This document shows, piece after piece, positions 38,905-51,099 of a DNA stretch of 64,000 bases; position 1 is the first letter of the stretch; the number at the start of each line of letters is the position of its first letter. The translations under genes and the position numbers were made by a program. The notes below the pieces were generated by a model that saw only the letters and a list, made by a program, of their open reading frames with translations, was not told the origin of the DNA and did not search any database. The DNA comes from Camelus dromedarius. Its lineage: Eukaryota. Location of the stretch: the NCBI RefSeq assembly GCF_036321535.1, contig NC_087437.1, forward strand, positions 21,268,001 through 21,332,000. The letters are read 5' to 3'.

Positions 38905-39153
38905 TATTTATTTATTTATAACATTTATTTTTTGTACAATTTATTTATTATTTTGGAAGTAGTTAGGTTTATTAATTTTTTCTTGTATATATATATTTAT
39001 TGAAGTATAATCAGTTTACAATGTTGCATCAATTTCTGGTGTACAGCACAGTGCTTCAGTCATACTATTTGTTTTCAGTGAAGGTCTGGGGATTGAACCC
39101 AGGACCTCATGCATGCTAAGCATGCACTCTACCACTGAGCTATACCCACCCCT
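38905..39153 (-). mobile_element. Vic-1-type SINE with an L1 3'-end fragment (~38996-39065) inside its A-rich linker
   Basis: ggggattgaacccaggacctcatgcatgctaagcatgcactctaccactgagctatacc head; tail motif agttaggtttatt separated from it by tttattgaagtata...tttctggtgtacagcaca. Confidence 0.8.
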
Positions 39154-39930
39154 CTAGTTTTTATACATTTGATTCACTGTTCAATACTGTGTACATTTAA
39201 TAGCATCAAAGATTTTTCATGCGAGGAGAGTAATAAAGACATATATAATGTTATTTTGAGAGTACAAAGAAAAATCACTTCCCATTTGTTTTGGACTGAT
39301 TTCCTTATCTGTTGCCCTTTGATTTCCTTCAGCCTTTTGTACTTTTCCAGGCTTACTAACATCTATTTCAGAGGCTAACCAAAGAATCTATTATATTTTT
39401 AAAAATTATCCAAATTCTACACAATTAACAAAAAAGCATAAATACAGAGATCTTTATTATATTGTACAATTTAATTTTCTTAAACAGAAATGCATTTTAA
39501 GTTTTGCATTTCTACGAAGCTGAGCTGTTAATCATATGTCATTTACAGAAAGTAAGTATTACACGTGGATTGAATTATTTTACTCAAAGCAACTAAAATG
39601 TAACTAGTAATACTGACTCCTTGATATTTCAAATTAGGGCTAAAATAATTACGGTTCAGAGTAAGGAGAAGAGTCAAAAGTAAACTGTTGCATAATTTAA
39701 GTCACAAATCGGCGCTGCCTCGGGGCCGATGATAGTGGGAGGTTGGGACCATCTTAAAGGCAGACGGTACGGTGGCAATGACCTCGACGTGGAGGCGGCG
39801 GCTGCCTTAATGTGGCTCCCCCTACCAGACGCTCAAAGGCACCCAAAGTAGAAAACACTGACTAAAATCAAGTAAGGAAGAAACAGAATACAGGTAGGGA
39901 AGGTGATGAAACACGTCCCAGCTTCTTTAC

Positions 39931-39999
39931 CTGCAGGAGAAGTTCTTGAAGCTGGGCCCGCTTCTGCTTTATCCGCTCTATCCGCCTCTGCTTCTCGAT
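39931..39999 (-). CDS. TFDP2: TFDP2 exon (69 bp), coiled-coil dimerisation region
   Basis: gttttaaag|ATC...CAG|gtaaag; IEKQRRIERIKQKRAQLQELLLQ. Confidence 0.95.
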
Positions 40000-40534
40000 C
40001 TTTAAAACATAGGTTACAAAACAGCATGAACGTGTGTAGAGTATTAAAGCGCTGCTCACTCTCTGGCCCCAGTTCTGAGATGTCAAGAATTTTCCTTAGA
40101 GAAATTCAACCCATTTTAACTCCTAACATCAATAAAGGCAAATCACCCTTTCCGGGGGGCAGGGGCTGGTAGGCAAGCAGGCAAGACAGCAGAATTGTGG
40201 CAACTGTCATCAGTAATGAAATCCAGCCACCTGACAAATGCTCGCTCCGCAGGACCTATTACTACGAATGGCCCGAGTTCTACAGCTAACACCCGGCAAG
40301 ACTTCGCCTGCCAGCGCGCAGCGAAGCACCTCACACACACAACGCTCTACGAGGTGAGGCCTCCTGTGACCCTCTTCGCACCTACAGAAATGGAGGCCCA
40401 GAGAGAGGCTGAGTGCCTGCCCAAGGTCGCACAGCTGGCGAACGGCCAGAGCTGGGATCTGAACCTCAGCCAGCCGGTTTCGGAGATTCTATCACTAATT
40501 ACTTTGCTATAGTGACCACCGCCCACCCCAAGGT

Positions 40535-40636
40535 ATGTATAAAACAGATAAACAACAAGGTCCTACTGTATAGCACAGAGAACTATATTCAATATCTTGT
40601 AGTAACCTATAATGGAAAAGGATATGAAAAAAGAAA
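40535..40636 (+). mobile_element. L1 3' UTR fragment (artiodactyl type)
   Basis: agataaacaacaaggtcctactgtatagcacagagaactatattcaatatcttg. Confidence 0.75.
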
Positions 40637-41817
40637 GAATGAGGGAAGATCTCATTTAAGATCTGTTTAACTGACTTTTAAACGGGCACAGCTGCTAATA
40701 CAGACAGCCTACGTGTTCAATATACAATTCCTCTTGTAGTCAGAAACAGGCCTATGGGACAAATTTCCCAGCTTCAAACAACTCTTTCCCTCACTCTTAC
40801 AATGAGCTGGAAAACATATATTGGAGTCTAGTTTCCTGTAGACCAGTTCCTCACTGCCTCTTTGGGCAAAAGCCAGTGACATCAAGTAAGACATTTTCTT
40901 GTCTGCTGCAACGGCATCCTTCCTTATTCGCTCCCCATCTACTCTGCACCAGGAGTTTCCTCTCACGGTTTCCTCTAACCGCTCCCACACTTTAATCCTA
41001 AAACACTTAAGGGCCACTGTAAAGTCTAGGCAGTCTTCTGCACTTGAAAGGATGCTGCAGGAGCTTCTCCCTGCGTCCGAAGCTGTGGCAGGGCGGCCCC
41101 CGCGTGCCCCACATCAAGCAGGCCAAGCTGGATTGATTCTACCTCTAAAGCACTCCTCCAGCCTCACTGCCCCCACCGTGACTCAGACCATTGCTGGTCC
41201 ACCCACCCCTCAACTTCCCTCCTCTCTTCCTGTCAGTTCAAGTTCCAACACCCTAGGAGAGGATCCTTTAGACCACATCCTCATGGACCTCCTCTTTATA
41301 ATTCCCCAGTAGCTTCCCGTTGCTTACAGGGTCCTCGGGTCCCAACTGCTCAGCACTCAGAAATCGAGGCCCTCTCTCCTGGCCTGGACTCTGGCCCCAC
41401 TTGGCTGTGGGCGAGCTTCAGCCCACACAGCGCCTCTGCCTGGAAAGCCCTCCCTGCCCCACACCACTTGGCAAACTCCCACTCCTCCCTCGTGACTGAG
41501 CACAGAGACTGTTTTTTTCTTGGTAAAGCCCTCCCTTATCTCCCTTTCCAGAGAATCTCTACCTACTTCTTTCACAGGAGTCATCACATTTTTGGTGACT
41601 CTTTTTACATTTCTCCTCTCCTCAGTTAGAATGAAAGCCCCCTGGGGTCAAGTATTTTGTCTTGTATAATCTTCGGTTAAGCACAAGGTAGATGCTAGCA
41701 GATTTTTGCTTACTAAGTCTCAGTAAATCATCAGCTTAATATTACTGGTAATTTAAATGACCCTCAAATTCCACTCTGTCAGAAGGAGAAAAAAGGACAT
41801 TTCCACTGTAGCACAGG

Positions 41818-41849
41818 AGTAACACTATTCTATAGTAACACTATTCTAT
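41818..41849. repeat. Exact 16-bp tandem duplication (agtaacactattctat x2)
   Basis: Direct reading of sequence. Confidence 0.9.
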
Positions 41850-42632
41850 AACTTCTGGTGACTGCCTGGCTTCTCCCTCCATCCACAAAAATAGTAATAC
41901 CAAAATTTTTTGATTTGCTGCGGGGGGAAGGGACTAAAAAACAAAACATGATTATCAACCATATTCACCGTCAGCCAGGGTTTATAACATTTACGGCCAT
42001 GACAGTCGAATAATGTCAAATCAATTTAGAAACAGTATGTCAGGGCATATGCTAATTTCAGAGAGACTTTCTGTAACAACTAAAGTTAACAGAATAAAAA
42101 AAGTTTTGCGCACATCATCCCCCAATTCACGTAAAATGAATATCCTCTCCATTCTGACAGAAATTCAAATGAAATGTCATACCATCCTGTTGACACTGGT
42201 TCTAGAGTCAAAGGTCGAAGTTTAAATACAAGAAATAAATAGCTAACTTGATGCTCTTTTGGGGGGATGCACACAGCAGGCATTTTGTCAAATACGATAC
42301 CATTTCTATTACATGAGTCACCAAGCATTTATTAGGAGAGGGCTCAGAATTACGTCAGAATAAAATAAAGATCTCAAAAATACAGTAAAAATCAAGTCAT
42401 TTAATTTCTCCATCCCTCAGTTTCATCAGGACATCACTCAGACTAGACCTCTCTAAATCTTCTTTCAGTTCTAAAATTCTACATAGAAGAGTTTGTTAAA
42501 AAAAAAAAAAAAAGGTATAGCCTACATAAACAATTAGGAATATTTTAATACTATGTGACAATATTTCTAAATTAAAATGTCTCATGTAAAATAAAGTAAA
42601 CTACTATTTGCAAACAGATTTTCCTGACTTAC

Positions 42633-42776
42633 CTCCAGGTTTTGACATTCCTGAGCAGAATTAGTAGGCAGGCCAATCCACTTAATTTCTTTTTTTTCCT
42701 TTGAAATTATGTTCATCGCCATTAGCACATTTAAAGCATCATAAACTCTTCGCCTGATGTTCTTCTGGTCATAAGC
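42633..42776 (-). CDS. TFDP2: TFDP2 exon (144 bp, or 147 bp from 42779 with the upstream NAGNAG acceptor), DEF box
   Basis: ttttttag cag|GCT...GAG|gtaagt; [48 protein letters not shown]. Confidence 0.96.
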
Positions 42777-42864
42777 CTGCTAAAAAATATTTTTATTGAG
42801 TGATACATTTTGAAGGTTAAGATACAGCCACAGGGTACTAAGATTTTTAATTAATATTATCATC

Positions 42865-43150
42865 AATATCTTCAAAGTGCTGAAAGAATTCTACACCCAG
42901 TGAAAGTATCCTTCAAAAGGTAAGATGAAATAAAGACACTTTCAAACAACCTAAAACAGAAAACAATCTTAAAGAGTATGTTACCAACAGATCTAAATTC
43001 AACAATACTAAAGGGCCTTCTGTAGGTAAAAGACAGATAATCCAAGATGGGAGCTTGGAGACATAGGGTGGCTTGAAGACCAACTCAAAAGGTAAATCGC
43101 AATTAATATTCACGGTATAAACCATGACATCTTGTGGAGTCTAGAATATA
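42865..43150 (+). mobile_element. Old L1 ORF1 end fragment
   Basis: atcttcaaagtgctgaaaga...tatccttcaaaa...gaaataaagacactttca motif. Confidence 0.6.
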
Positions 43151-43525
43151 TATATATAGAGAGAGAACTAAAATAATTTGGAAGTTTTGTAGTCTGTATT
43201 CTTGGTTATTTTTATAAATTTAAGTAACTTCATTATTTTATTTCTTGAGTTATCACCTATAGACCAGTACGTGTTGATTATGAATGGAAAAAGAAATTAA
43301 CATGCCTGTATCTACACCCATCTCCCATCTTTCCCTCCACTGCAGGATTCAGATTATACACATCAGTGGCAGTTGTTAAAAGAATCTTATTACTATAGTT
43401 GTTATTATACTTGTTTTCACGACTTTAAATGAACATATTATGCCAAAACTATTACTTGGTTCATCTGCTTTGAATTCATACCCCTTCCAATAGTGATAGA
43501 AAAATAACAAAGCAGTGAATAAATG

Positions 43526-44786
43526 GCCCAGGTGGCCTTTGAGAAGATGCAAGAGAAGCAGCAAATGGAAAGGATCCTGAAGCAAGCATCCAAACCCACA
43601 AGCAGACAGCAGAGGACTCAGCAGACTCCTGGGCACACTCATGGATGACATTCCCAGAGTCAGCGGGACGCAGGACCCTCCTGCCCCAGGTCCGGAGTGG
43701 CACCGAGGGGAAGCAGAAGGTGCAGCTGGGGTTGCGTCTGGTGCCTTTGGTATTTTCTAGAAACATTCTTTTACACACACTCTTGCATCTTCTGCTGAGA
43801 CAGTGCTCTGTAAAGCAGTGCACTCTCATTCTGGAACTTGATTAAATCAAGGCCGTTCTTTTACTCTATTTTGATTTCTCATTAGCATATAGGAGACAAA
43901 CCATTTCAGTCTGGACTGCAAATTTTTGAAAGTTTACGCAGAGACTAAGGTTACTTCTGTGTGAGTGCCATGGAAAAGTGTTTCTAACCGTCAGTTCCAT
44001 CTAACTCTTTGACAGCTGGCCAGCTAGCTTCACCTGGATGAAGCTGAGTCCAGAGGATAAGGAGCAGCTACCAGGGTGGCCTGCAGCATGTAGACCCCTG
44101 TAGGGCCCTGCATGGGCTGCCCTTCTAAGCTCCCTCTAGCTTGGGGCTTATGCTTTTCCATCCAGGACCTGGGAAACCATTCAAAGCTTCGTGGCCTTCA
44201 GCCTGCCTCCCCAGACACCTGGCCAGCGAGACAATGCAGCCTGGGAAACAGGACAACCCTAAGGCAAGGATGGAATACATGCCTTGTCCCTTTCTGAACC
44301 AGTGGCCAGAGTGTCTACTGAGTGTTGCCATGGCAGACACTGCTGACGGAGCATAGCCTTCTTTGTAACAGAACCCAGACAGTCTGTCTCCTTACCCTCA
44401 GTCCTAGGATCGAAGTAGCCCTTGTATTTATTCAGAGAAGGCACCTAACATGTTTGGCATTCCCAGCCTAAAGATGCCTTAGCGGTGCTGGGACCAAGGC
44501 GGCAGAGCCCCAGCACAGACAGACATGGGTGCAGTGGAAAGGGAGGACCCAGGTTCTGATACTGGAAAGGCAGGATCTTTGAGGGCCTACGTGTACCCAC
44601 TGGATGAGGATCAAACTGCATACGCTGTTGCGAGAAATAGTCTGTGTTGACACAGACGCTGAAAGAATAACAAAGTCAGAATAGAAAAACCAAGGGTTGG
44701 GCTTGGGACTGTCATATGTTAACTGCAGAATAAAGGGGGAAGAATTTTTTTTAATTGCAAAGATGGTAAAAACAAAAGCAAAAAAA
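43526..44786 (+). pseudogene. FAM32A: 5'-truncated FAM32A-like processed pseudogene (C-terminal CDS plus 3' UTR), antisense in a TFDP2 intron
   Basis: AQVAFEKMQEKQQMERILKQASK, then frameshifted HKQ..ED..SRLLGTL..DIPRVSGT, matching recalled FAM32A AQAAFEKMQEKRQMERILKKASKTHKQRVEDFNRHLDTLTEHYDIPKVSWTK; no introns; ~1 kb UTR-like sequence, AATAAA 44729-44734, A-rich tail ~44768-44786. Confidence 0.85.
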
Positions 44787-45471
44787 CCCCCACCAATCTC
44801 ATTCATGAACGCTAGTGTAAAAATCCTAATTTTCAGGAAACTATCCAGAATTTGATTAAATTCAACATCCATTTCTGATTTTTTTAATTAAGAAAAAATA
44901 AATAATTGTTTGTTATTGAAAAATCAAATTATGGTTACTAACATCTCAAAATAAAACCTTTATCATAATTAAGGTTGCAATACTGTAAGTGTCTCCATTA
45001 ACGTCAAGAATTAAAGACTCAGTATGACTAGAGTTCCTCCTATTATTTCATATTGTTATAGAATACATATAGTATGATTACATTTACGTAAAATGCAAAC
45101 TGATTTATAATGATAAAAGCCTAACAGCAGTTGCCTGGGGACAGGGGGAGAGGGAGGAATGGATTACAAAGGGCGGAAAGAACCTTTTGGGAGTGATGTA
45201 AAATGCTGTGTGTCCTGATTATGGGCTACACAGACGCAAACAACCGTCACAACCCACTGGATTTTATACTTGAAATGGATACATCTTATCATACGTAAAC
45301 TATTCCACAATAAATAAGGAAAAAAATAATAAATTGTTCACTTAAGACATGTACATTTCCCTCCCTGTATGTAATTTTATCTCCATTAAAAAAAAAGAGA
45401 ATGATTTCTATGTGCTAAAAAGAGCCCCTAAGATACATTAAGACAATAAAATTAAGAAAGCAGCAGGCACA

Positions 45472-45587
45472 GGGGGAGGGTGTAGCTCAAGCGGTAAAGT
45501 GCACATGCACGAGGTCATTCAATCCCTAGTACCTCCTCTAAAAATAAACAAATAAACCTAATTACCTCCCCCCGCCAAAAAGAAAAA
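45472..45587 (+). mobile_element. Vic-1-type SINE with small internal deletions
   Basis: gggggagggtgtagctcaagcggtaaag...cctaattacctccccc; TSD aaagcagcaggca at 45457-45469 and 45588-45600. Confidence 0.88.
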
Positions 45588-46164
45588 AAAGCAGCAGGCA
45601 AAGCACAATCACGTTTGCGTTTGAAATAAATTTTATTATATATATGCATAAAGAATTTCTAGACTGATACTTAAGTATCCAGTAATAGTGAATAGTGCCT
45701 TTGGGGAGGTACATTAGGGTCTGTGGTAGAAGAGAGATATTTTGCATTATATACTCTTTGGTACAACTGAACTGTTATAAACACGTGCATGTAGTTTTTT
45801 TTTTCAATTAAAAACAAGATAAACTTTTCTTACTGACTTAGACACAGAACAAACACTAAAAGATTCAGAAATGTATCCCAAGCTATTCAAATATAAAAAC
45901 TGTATTTTTAAAAGTATATTGCTTCAGTAACCCCCAAAAGGATGTTTTTAAAAGACTTGTCCATCTTTATATTTAAATAAATAATAAAAGAATCCTGTTT
46001 AAAACAGAACAACAAGATTCCCCAACAGACAGTATGAAACCCTCACATAAAGGAGGAACTGGGGATTTCCTGGCTTGTCTGAGTCCTCAGACTTACACAC
46101 ACAACCCAGAGATGTCCCGCTGCATGACGCATCACAGGCAATGTCAAGTGCATGATCTACCTAC

Positions 46165-46327
46165 CGAATCGGCTGCCAAGTGGTTATTTGAATTGGTGAA
46201 CTCTGACACCAGCTCATCAGCTACTTCATTATATGATGTTGTTCCTTTCCGCTGAACTTTCTCACACACCTTCATTGAAAAATGTCTCAAGCCTTTTCCA
46301 TTTTTATCTCCTTTTTTGCTTCGTTTG
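46165..46327 (-). CDS. TFDP2: TFDP2 exon (163 bp), start of winged-helix DNA-binding domain
   Basis: ttttcttttag|C AAA...TCG|gtaggt; [54 protein letters not shown]. Confidence 0.96.
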
Positions 46328-47117
46328 CTAAAAGAAAACAAAATTATATTCTATTATACTTACTAGAGACTTCCTTTACAAAGCTGTAAAATAATGTGAG
46401 AAGACAGCAATTTGATTTTTTGCCCCATGTGGTAAATTCTAAATTGAATTAGAGATGAGTGTTTTAAACTTAATTTTTGCTTTAAAAGCCCAATAAAGTA
46501 TGAAGCTAGAGTGCTTTTCTATGCCCATCACTCATTTATTCAACTACTATTTACTGACCAGTTACTATTACGTGCCAGGCACCGTTCTACACATCGGGAA
46601 GAGATCTGTGAAAACAACAGACAAAAGCCCGGCCCGTGCAGAGTCTGTATTCTCAATACTAATTTTCTGTAGTCTATGTATGCTACAGGTTTTTTTTTTC
46701 ACCGAAAATTAAAAGTATACTATTCTCAGTTTCATTTATCTGCTCAATTTTCAATCAGAGATTATTGGTATTATAATGGATCTACATCTTCAATTATCTT
46801 AAGTTTGGTTAATGCCATGGCCTAAATTTGGGTAACTTAATCATTAAAATTTCAGAGATTCAGTTTAGTTCTACTAATATCTGTGTACCAATTACATGCG
46901 AGGAACTGTATTTGGGACTGGAAGGTCAAAAACGACAACTGAGGCAAAATCCTTTCCCTCAATGAGTCTTAGGGATGGAAGAGAGGCAAAACAGACATAA
47001 TGGTCAGTAATTTCGATATAATAGGTGCCAAGTAGAGTTGTTCACAACGTTCTATGGGAACTGGGGAGAGGGAGACCTAGTCTAACGTAGAGGATGAAGA
47101 CTTGCTGGAGTAAGAGT

Positions 47118-47935
47118 CAGTGAAAACAACCAACAAAATGAAAAGGCAATCTACAGAGTGGGAGAAAATACACATCTTTCATCTGACAAGGAGCTAATAC
47201 CTAAAAATACCTAAAAACTCCTACAACTCCACAGCAAAACAAATAACCCAATTAAAAAATAGGCAAAGGACGGGAATAGATATTTCTCCAAAGAAAAGAT
47301 ATAAATGGCCGACAGGTGTATAGAAAGATGTTCAACATCACTAATCATAAGAGAAACACAAATCAAAACCACATAGAGGTACTATTTCACACCTGTTAGG
47401 ATGAGTATTATTGAAAAAAAAAAAGTGTGAGGGTGTAAAGTAATTAGAATCCTTGTACATTGCTGGTGGGAATATAAATGGTGTGGCTGCTATGGAAAAG
47501 AGTATGGGGGTTCCTCAAAAAATTAAAAGTGGAACTACCATATAATCCAGCAATCCCATTTCTGTCTATATCCAAAAAAAACAGAAATCAGAATCTCAAA
47601 GTGATATCTGCACTCCCATGTTCACTACAGCTTTATTCACAATAGCCAAGATACAGAAAATCCAAATGACCATAGATAGATGAATGGATAAAGAAAATGT
47701 GGTATGTACTTACAATGGAATATTACTCAGCCTTAAAAAAGAGTGAAATCCTGCCATATGCAACAACATGGATGAACCTGGAGGACAATGTGCTAAGTAA
47801 AATAAACTAGTCACAGAAGGACCTGTAACACTGCGTGATTCCACTTACATGAGGTATCTGAAATAGTCAAGTTCACAGAAGCAGAGTAGAACCGTGCTTG
47901 CCAGAGGCTGGAGGGAATGGGGAAATGGAGAGTTT
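47118..47935 (+). mobile_element. L1MA/MB ORF2 end and 3' UTR
   Basis: aaaaggcaatctacagagtgggagaaaata...ggaactaccatataatccagcaatccca...atggatgaacctggaggac. Confidence 0.85.
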
Positions 47936-48481
47936 GCAAAGGAACCTAGACTTTATCATATTCCATCAGTATAATTATATTCATTTATAATTTGTTCACA
48001 TGTTCTACTCTGTCATGTCCATTAAGAAATAGACACTAAATGTACTTTTCAGAAGAATGAGGTAAAGACAGATATCTACCTTCTTTCCCCCACATTCCCA
48101 CAGAATCATCTGTGTACTCATTGAGGTCACAGATTACTATTGACATTCTGTGATACCACTAAATGGTATTAAGTGGGAAATTGTTAGGTAGAGATTCTGG
48201 CTGCAAAGTAGTTTACAGAGGGCAAAAGCGGAAACAGGAAGACCAGCTGAGAGGCTTCTGTAACAGTCCAGGCAAGAAATGCTACTCCTGGAATTGGGGC
48301 AACAGGTAGGATTGAGTAAGAAGAGACAGGTTTGCAAAAACATTAAAGACAAAGATCAGTAAAACCAAGTGATTGACTGATGTCGTTGTTAAGGAAGAGG
48401 GAAACAGGACAATGACCCTTAAAAGGAGGGGTCATTTACTGAGATCAAGGAGACAGGAACAAATTCATGAGTTCCATTTTA

Positions 48482-48686
48482 TTTTATTTTGTTTATTTAT
48501 TAATAACTGTTTCCACTCTCATCATTCCCTATTTCATCATGTTATTTTCTTTTCTCTATTGCAGGCATTATTATATGATATGACATTTTCTTTTCTTTCT
48601 TTCTTTTTAATGGAGGTGCTGGGGATTGAACCCAGGACCTTGTGCATAATAAGCACACGCTCTACCACTGAGCTATACCTACCCAC
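48482..48686 (-). mobile_element. Vic-1-type SINE plus extra 3' segment inside one TSD pair
   Basis: Head with intact A box (TAGCTCAGTGG) and B box (GGTTCAATCC); TSD catgaRttccatttta at 48466-48481 and 48687-48702. Confidence 0.85.
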
Positions 48687-48715
48687 CATGAATTCCATTT
48701 TAAACCTTCTCATTT

Positions 48716-49018
48716 GTACTGTCCAATATTTTAGGCATAATCCACATGTAGCTACTGAGCATCTGAAATGTGACAAGTCTGAACTGTGATATGCTGAAGT
48801 GTGAAATACATACAGAATTTCAAAGACTTCTGTGAGAAATGAATGTAAAATAGTTCATGTATAATTTTTATATTAATTACATGTTGAAACATAATATTTA
48901 AGACATACAGAATTATGTAAAAAATATTAAAATCAATTTCATGTGTTTCACTTTACTTTTTAAATTGGCTGCTAGAAAATTAAAATGTGGCTTTATTACA
49001 TTCTATGGGGCAGCAATG
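48716..49018. mobile_element. MER33-like hAT-Charlie element
   Basis: ctgtccaata...ccacatgtagctactgagca..tgaaatgtg...ttacatgttgaaa..ataatattt...ctagaaaatt. Confidence 0.75.
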
Positions 49019-50111
49019 ATGTTGAGTTTGACATGTCTATAGAATATCCAAGTAGGTATATTCAACAGACAGCTGAATATGTAAGTCTATGGCTTGCGGG
49101 AGAGCTAACAAACTCACCACCTGTGTACCTAAACTGACTTCCTTCCTATCAGCCTCAGAGGATTAGGTAACCCTCTTCCTTTTCAAATCTAACTTCCTTT
49201 TTCAAGATAACAGTTCTATTGAAATACAATTTACATACCATAAACTTCTTTTTAAAGTATACAATTCAGTGGTTTTTAAGAATTATGCAACCGTCACCAC
49301 AATCTAATTTCTTCACCCTAAAAAAAAACCTCTGTACCCATGAGCAATCACTCGTCATCCCCCTACCCCCAGCCCTTGGCAAGCCACTATTCTATTTTCT
49401 GTTTCTTTGGATTTGCCTAGTCTTCAATGTCAACTCTTCAACTTGAATTTTTCACTCCAGTGTTTAATTCTGTATTGTTTGCTTTCCACGAGCTGGCCCA
49501 CTCGTTTGTTTGTTTGTTTGTTTGTATGTTTAAAGTACAACCTATCATGGAACCTGAGTCTGATCGGGACTCCAGATCCACCTACCAATTTAAAAGGAAT
49601 ACCGAGGACAGAAAAAACTATACTACAGGGACGCAACAAGCAAAATCTTTAGGATTTCTCTTCAGGACCTAATGTGGTTTCTTCAACAAATCATTTATAT
49701 GGGAAAAGAGGAGGGAAAGAGTGAGAGAGATGCAGAGGGGAAATCTACAGATTATAAAAGACCTACCAATTTATTTAAATTCTGATTCATACAGACTGTA
49801 AACACACACACACACCAGTTATGGGGAAGTCTGGGAAGACAGCAACAGCAGCAGCGCTCTCAAACCCTCTAAATCCCTACATGAAAACAGACGGAGCAAC
49901 TAGACAGCAAAACCTGAACCCCTGACAACATTTACAACAAACCTAGATGACAAGGGATCTTCAACAAACCTCAGAATACAAACTACCAACAGTCAAAAGG
50001 CCTACACAGTAATGTCTGTGTGGGCAGAAAAAGAAATACCCAATGGGGCTGCATCTAATGGAACTCAGAACAGGATAATCCCAAAACAGCCAACAAGAAT
50101 TTGCTAAAAAG

Positions 50112-50215
50112 AGAATATGAAAACAAACATATATGTGTATATGCATGACTGAGACATGCAGTATACCAGAAATTGACACACGGTAAGTGACTATACTGCA
50201 ATTAAAAAAAAAAAA
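50112..50215 (+). mobile_element. Short 5'-truncated camelid-type L1 insertion
   Basis: tatatgcatgactgagaca...ccagaaattgacaca...gactatactgcaatt plus poly(A); exact 17-bp TSD aagaatttgctaaaaag at 50095-50111 and 50216-50232. Confidence 0.88.
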
Positions 50216-51099
50216 AAGAATTTGCTAAAAAGCACAACAGGCCAATCTGAGAGCAGTTTTTTGTTTTTTGTTTGTTTGTTTTTTGAAAATGAGAAGGCGT
50301 TCTGCCCTCTTCAATACCAGCTGAGTGCAAGAGGCCACAACAAAGACCGAAGCGACTGCAACAATCTAGTCTGAATGACTCCCACAACTGATATTCAAGA
50401 GAAAATGAAAAATGTTGGAGGTAGGCAGAGTATACAGACAACAAGGGTATCTGAAGAAGAAAATCAAGGCAAGGGAACAGAATAAATACTAAATGCTGTG
50501 AGTCAAGAAAACATTCATGAAAGAAAAGAAAAAAAGAGATCAACCCAGAACAACAAATACCATAACATTCTAGTAAAATTGCTAGGTTTCAAAGAAAAGG
50601 AATTCTTTAGGCACCTAGGAAAAAAGAGTATCAGATTTTTCAACAGCAAGGTGTTACATTAGAAGAAAATCAATATATTTAAGAAATGGAAGGAAAGTGT
50701 GAGCCAAGGATTTTTGTATCCAGCAAAACCGACCTAGGCAATCAGAATGACTAGAGGGACACTGACATGAAGGCCTGATGAGTATTTAATGTATAGTTAC
50801 CTGCAGGGGTCAGACTAAAGGGCTAAGAGGCAGAGGGTATAACATATTAATAGGTATATGCTCCCACACTGTGGGACTATTAATGTATGACTGTTAGAAA
50901 AATGGGGCGAGAATGGAGAGAGCGTATGAAAAACAAATTTTTAATGTTTTCAATAATCGTACTAATGGTAATATTAGGATTACTTTTGGAGACTGCTAAG
51001 CACATAATATGGGACAAAGTCAATGAGTAATTACCATATTCACTACTTCTATCATCCTTTTCATCCTCCATGTCCTTAAAAAATCAGGATTCTCCATAT

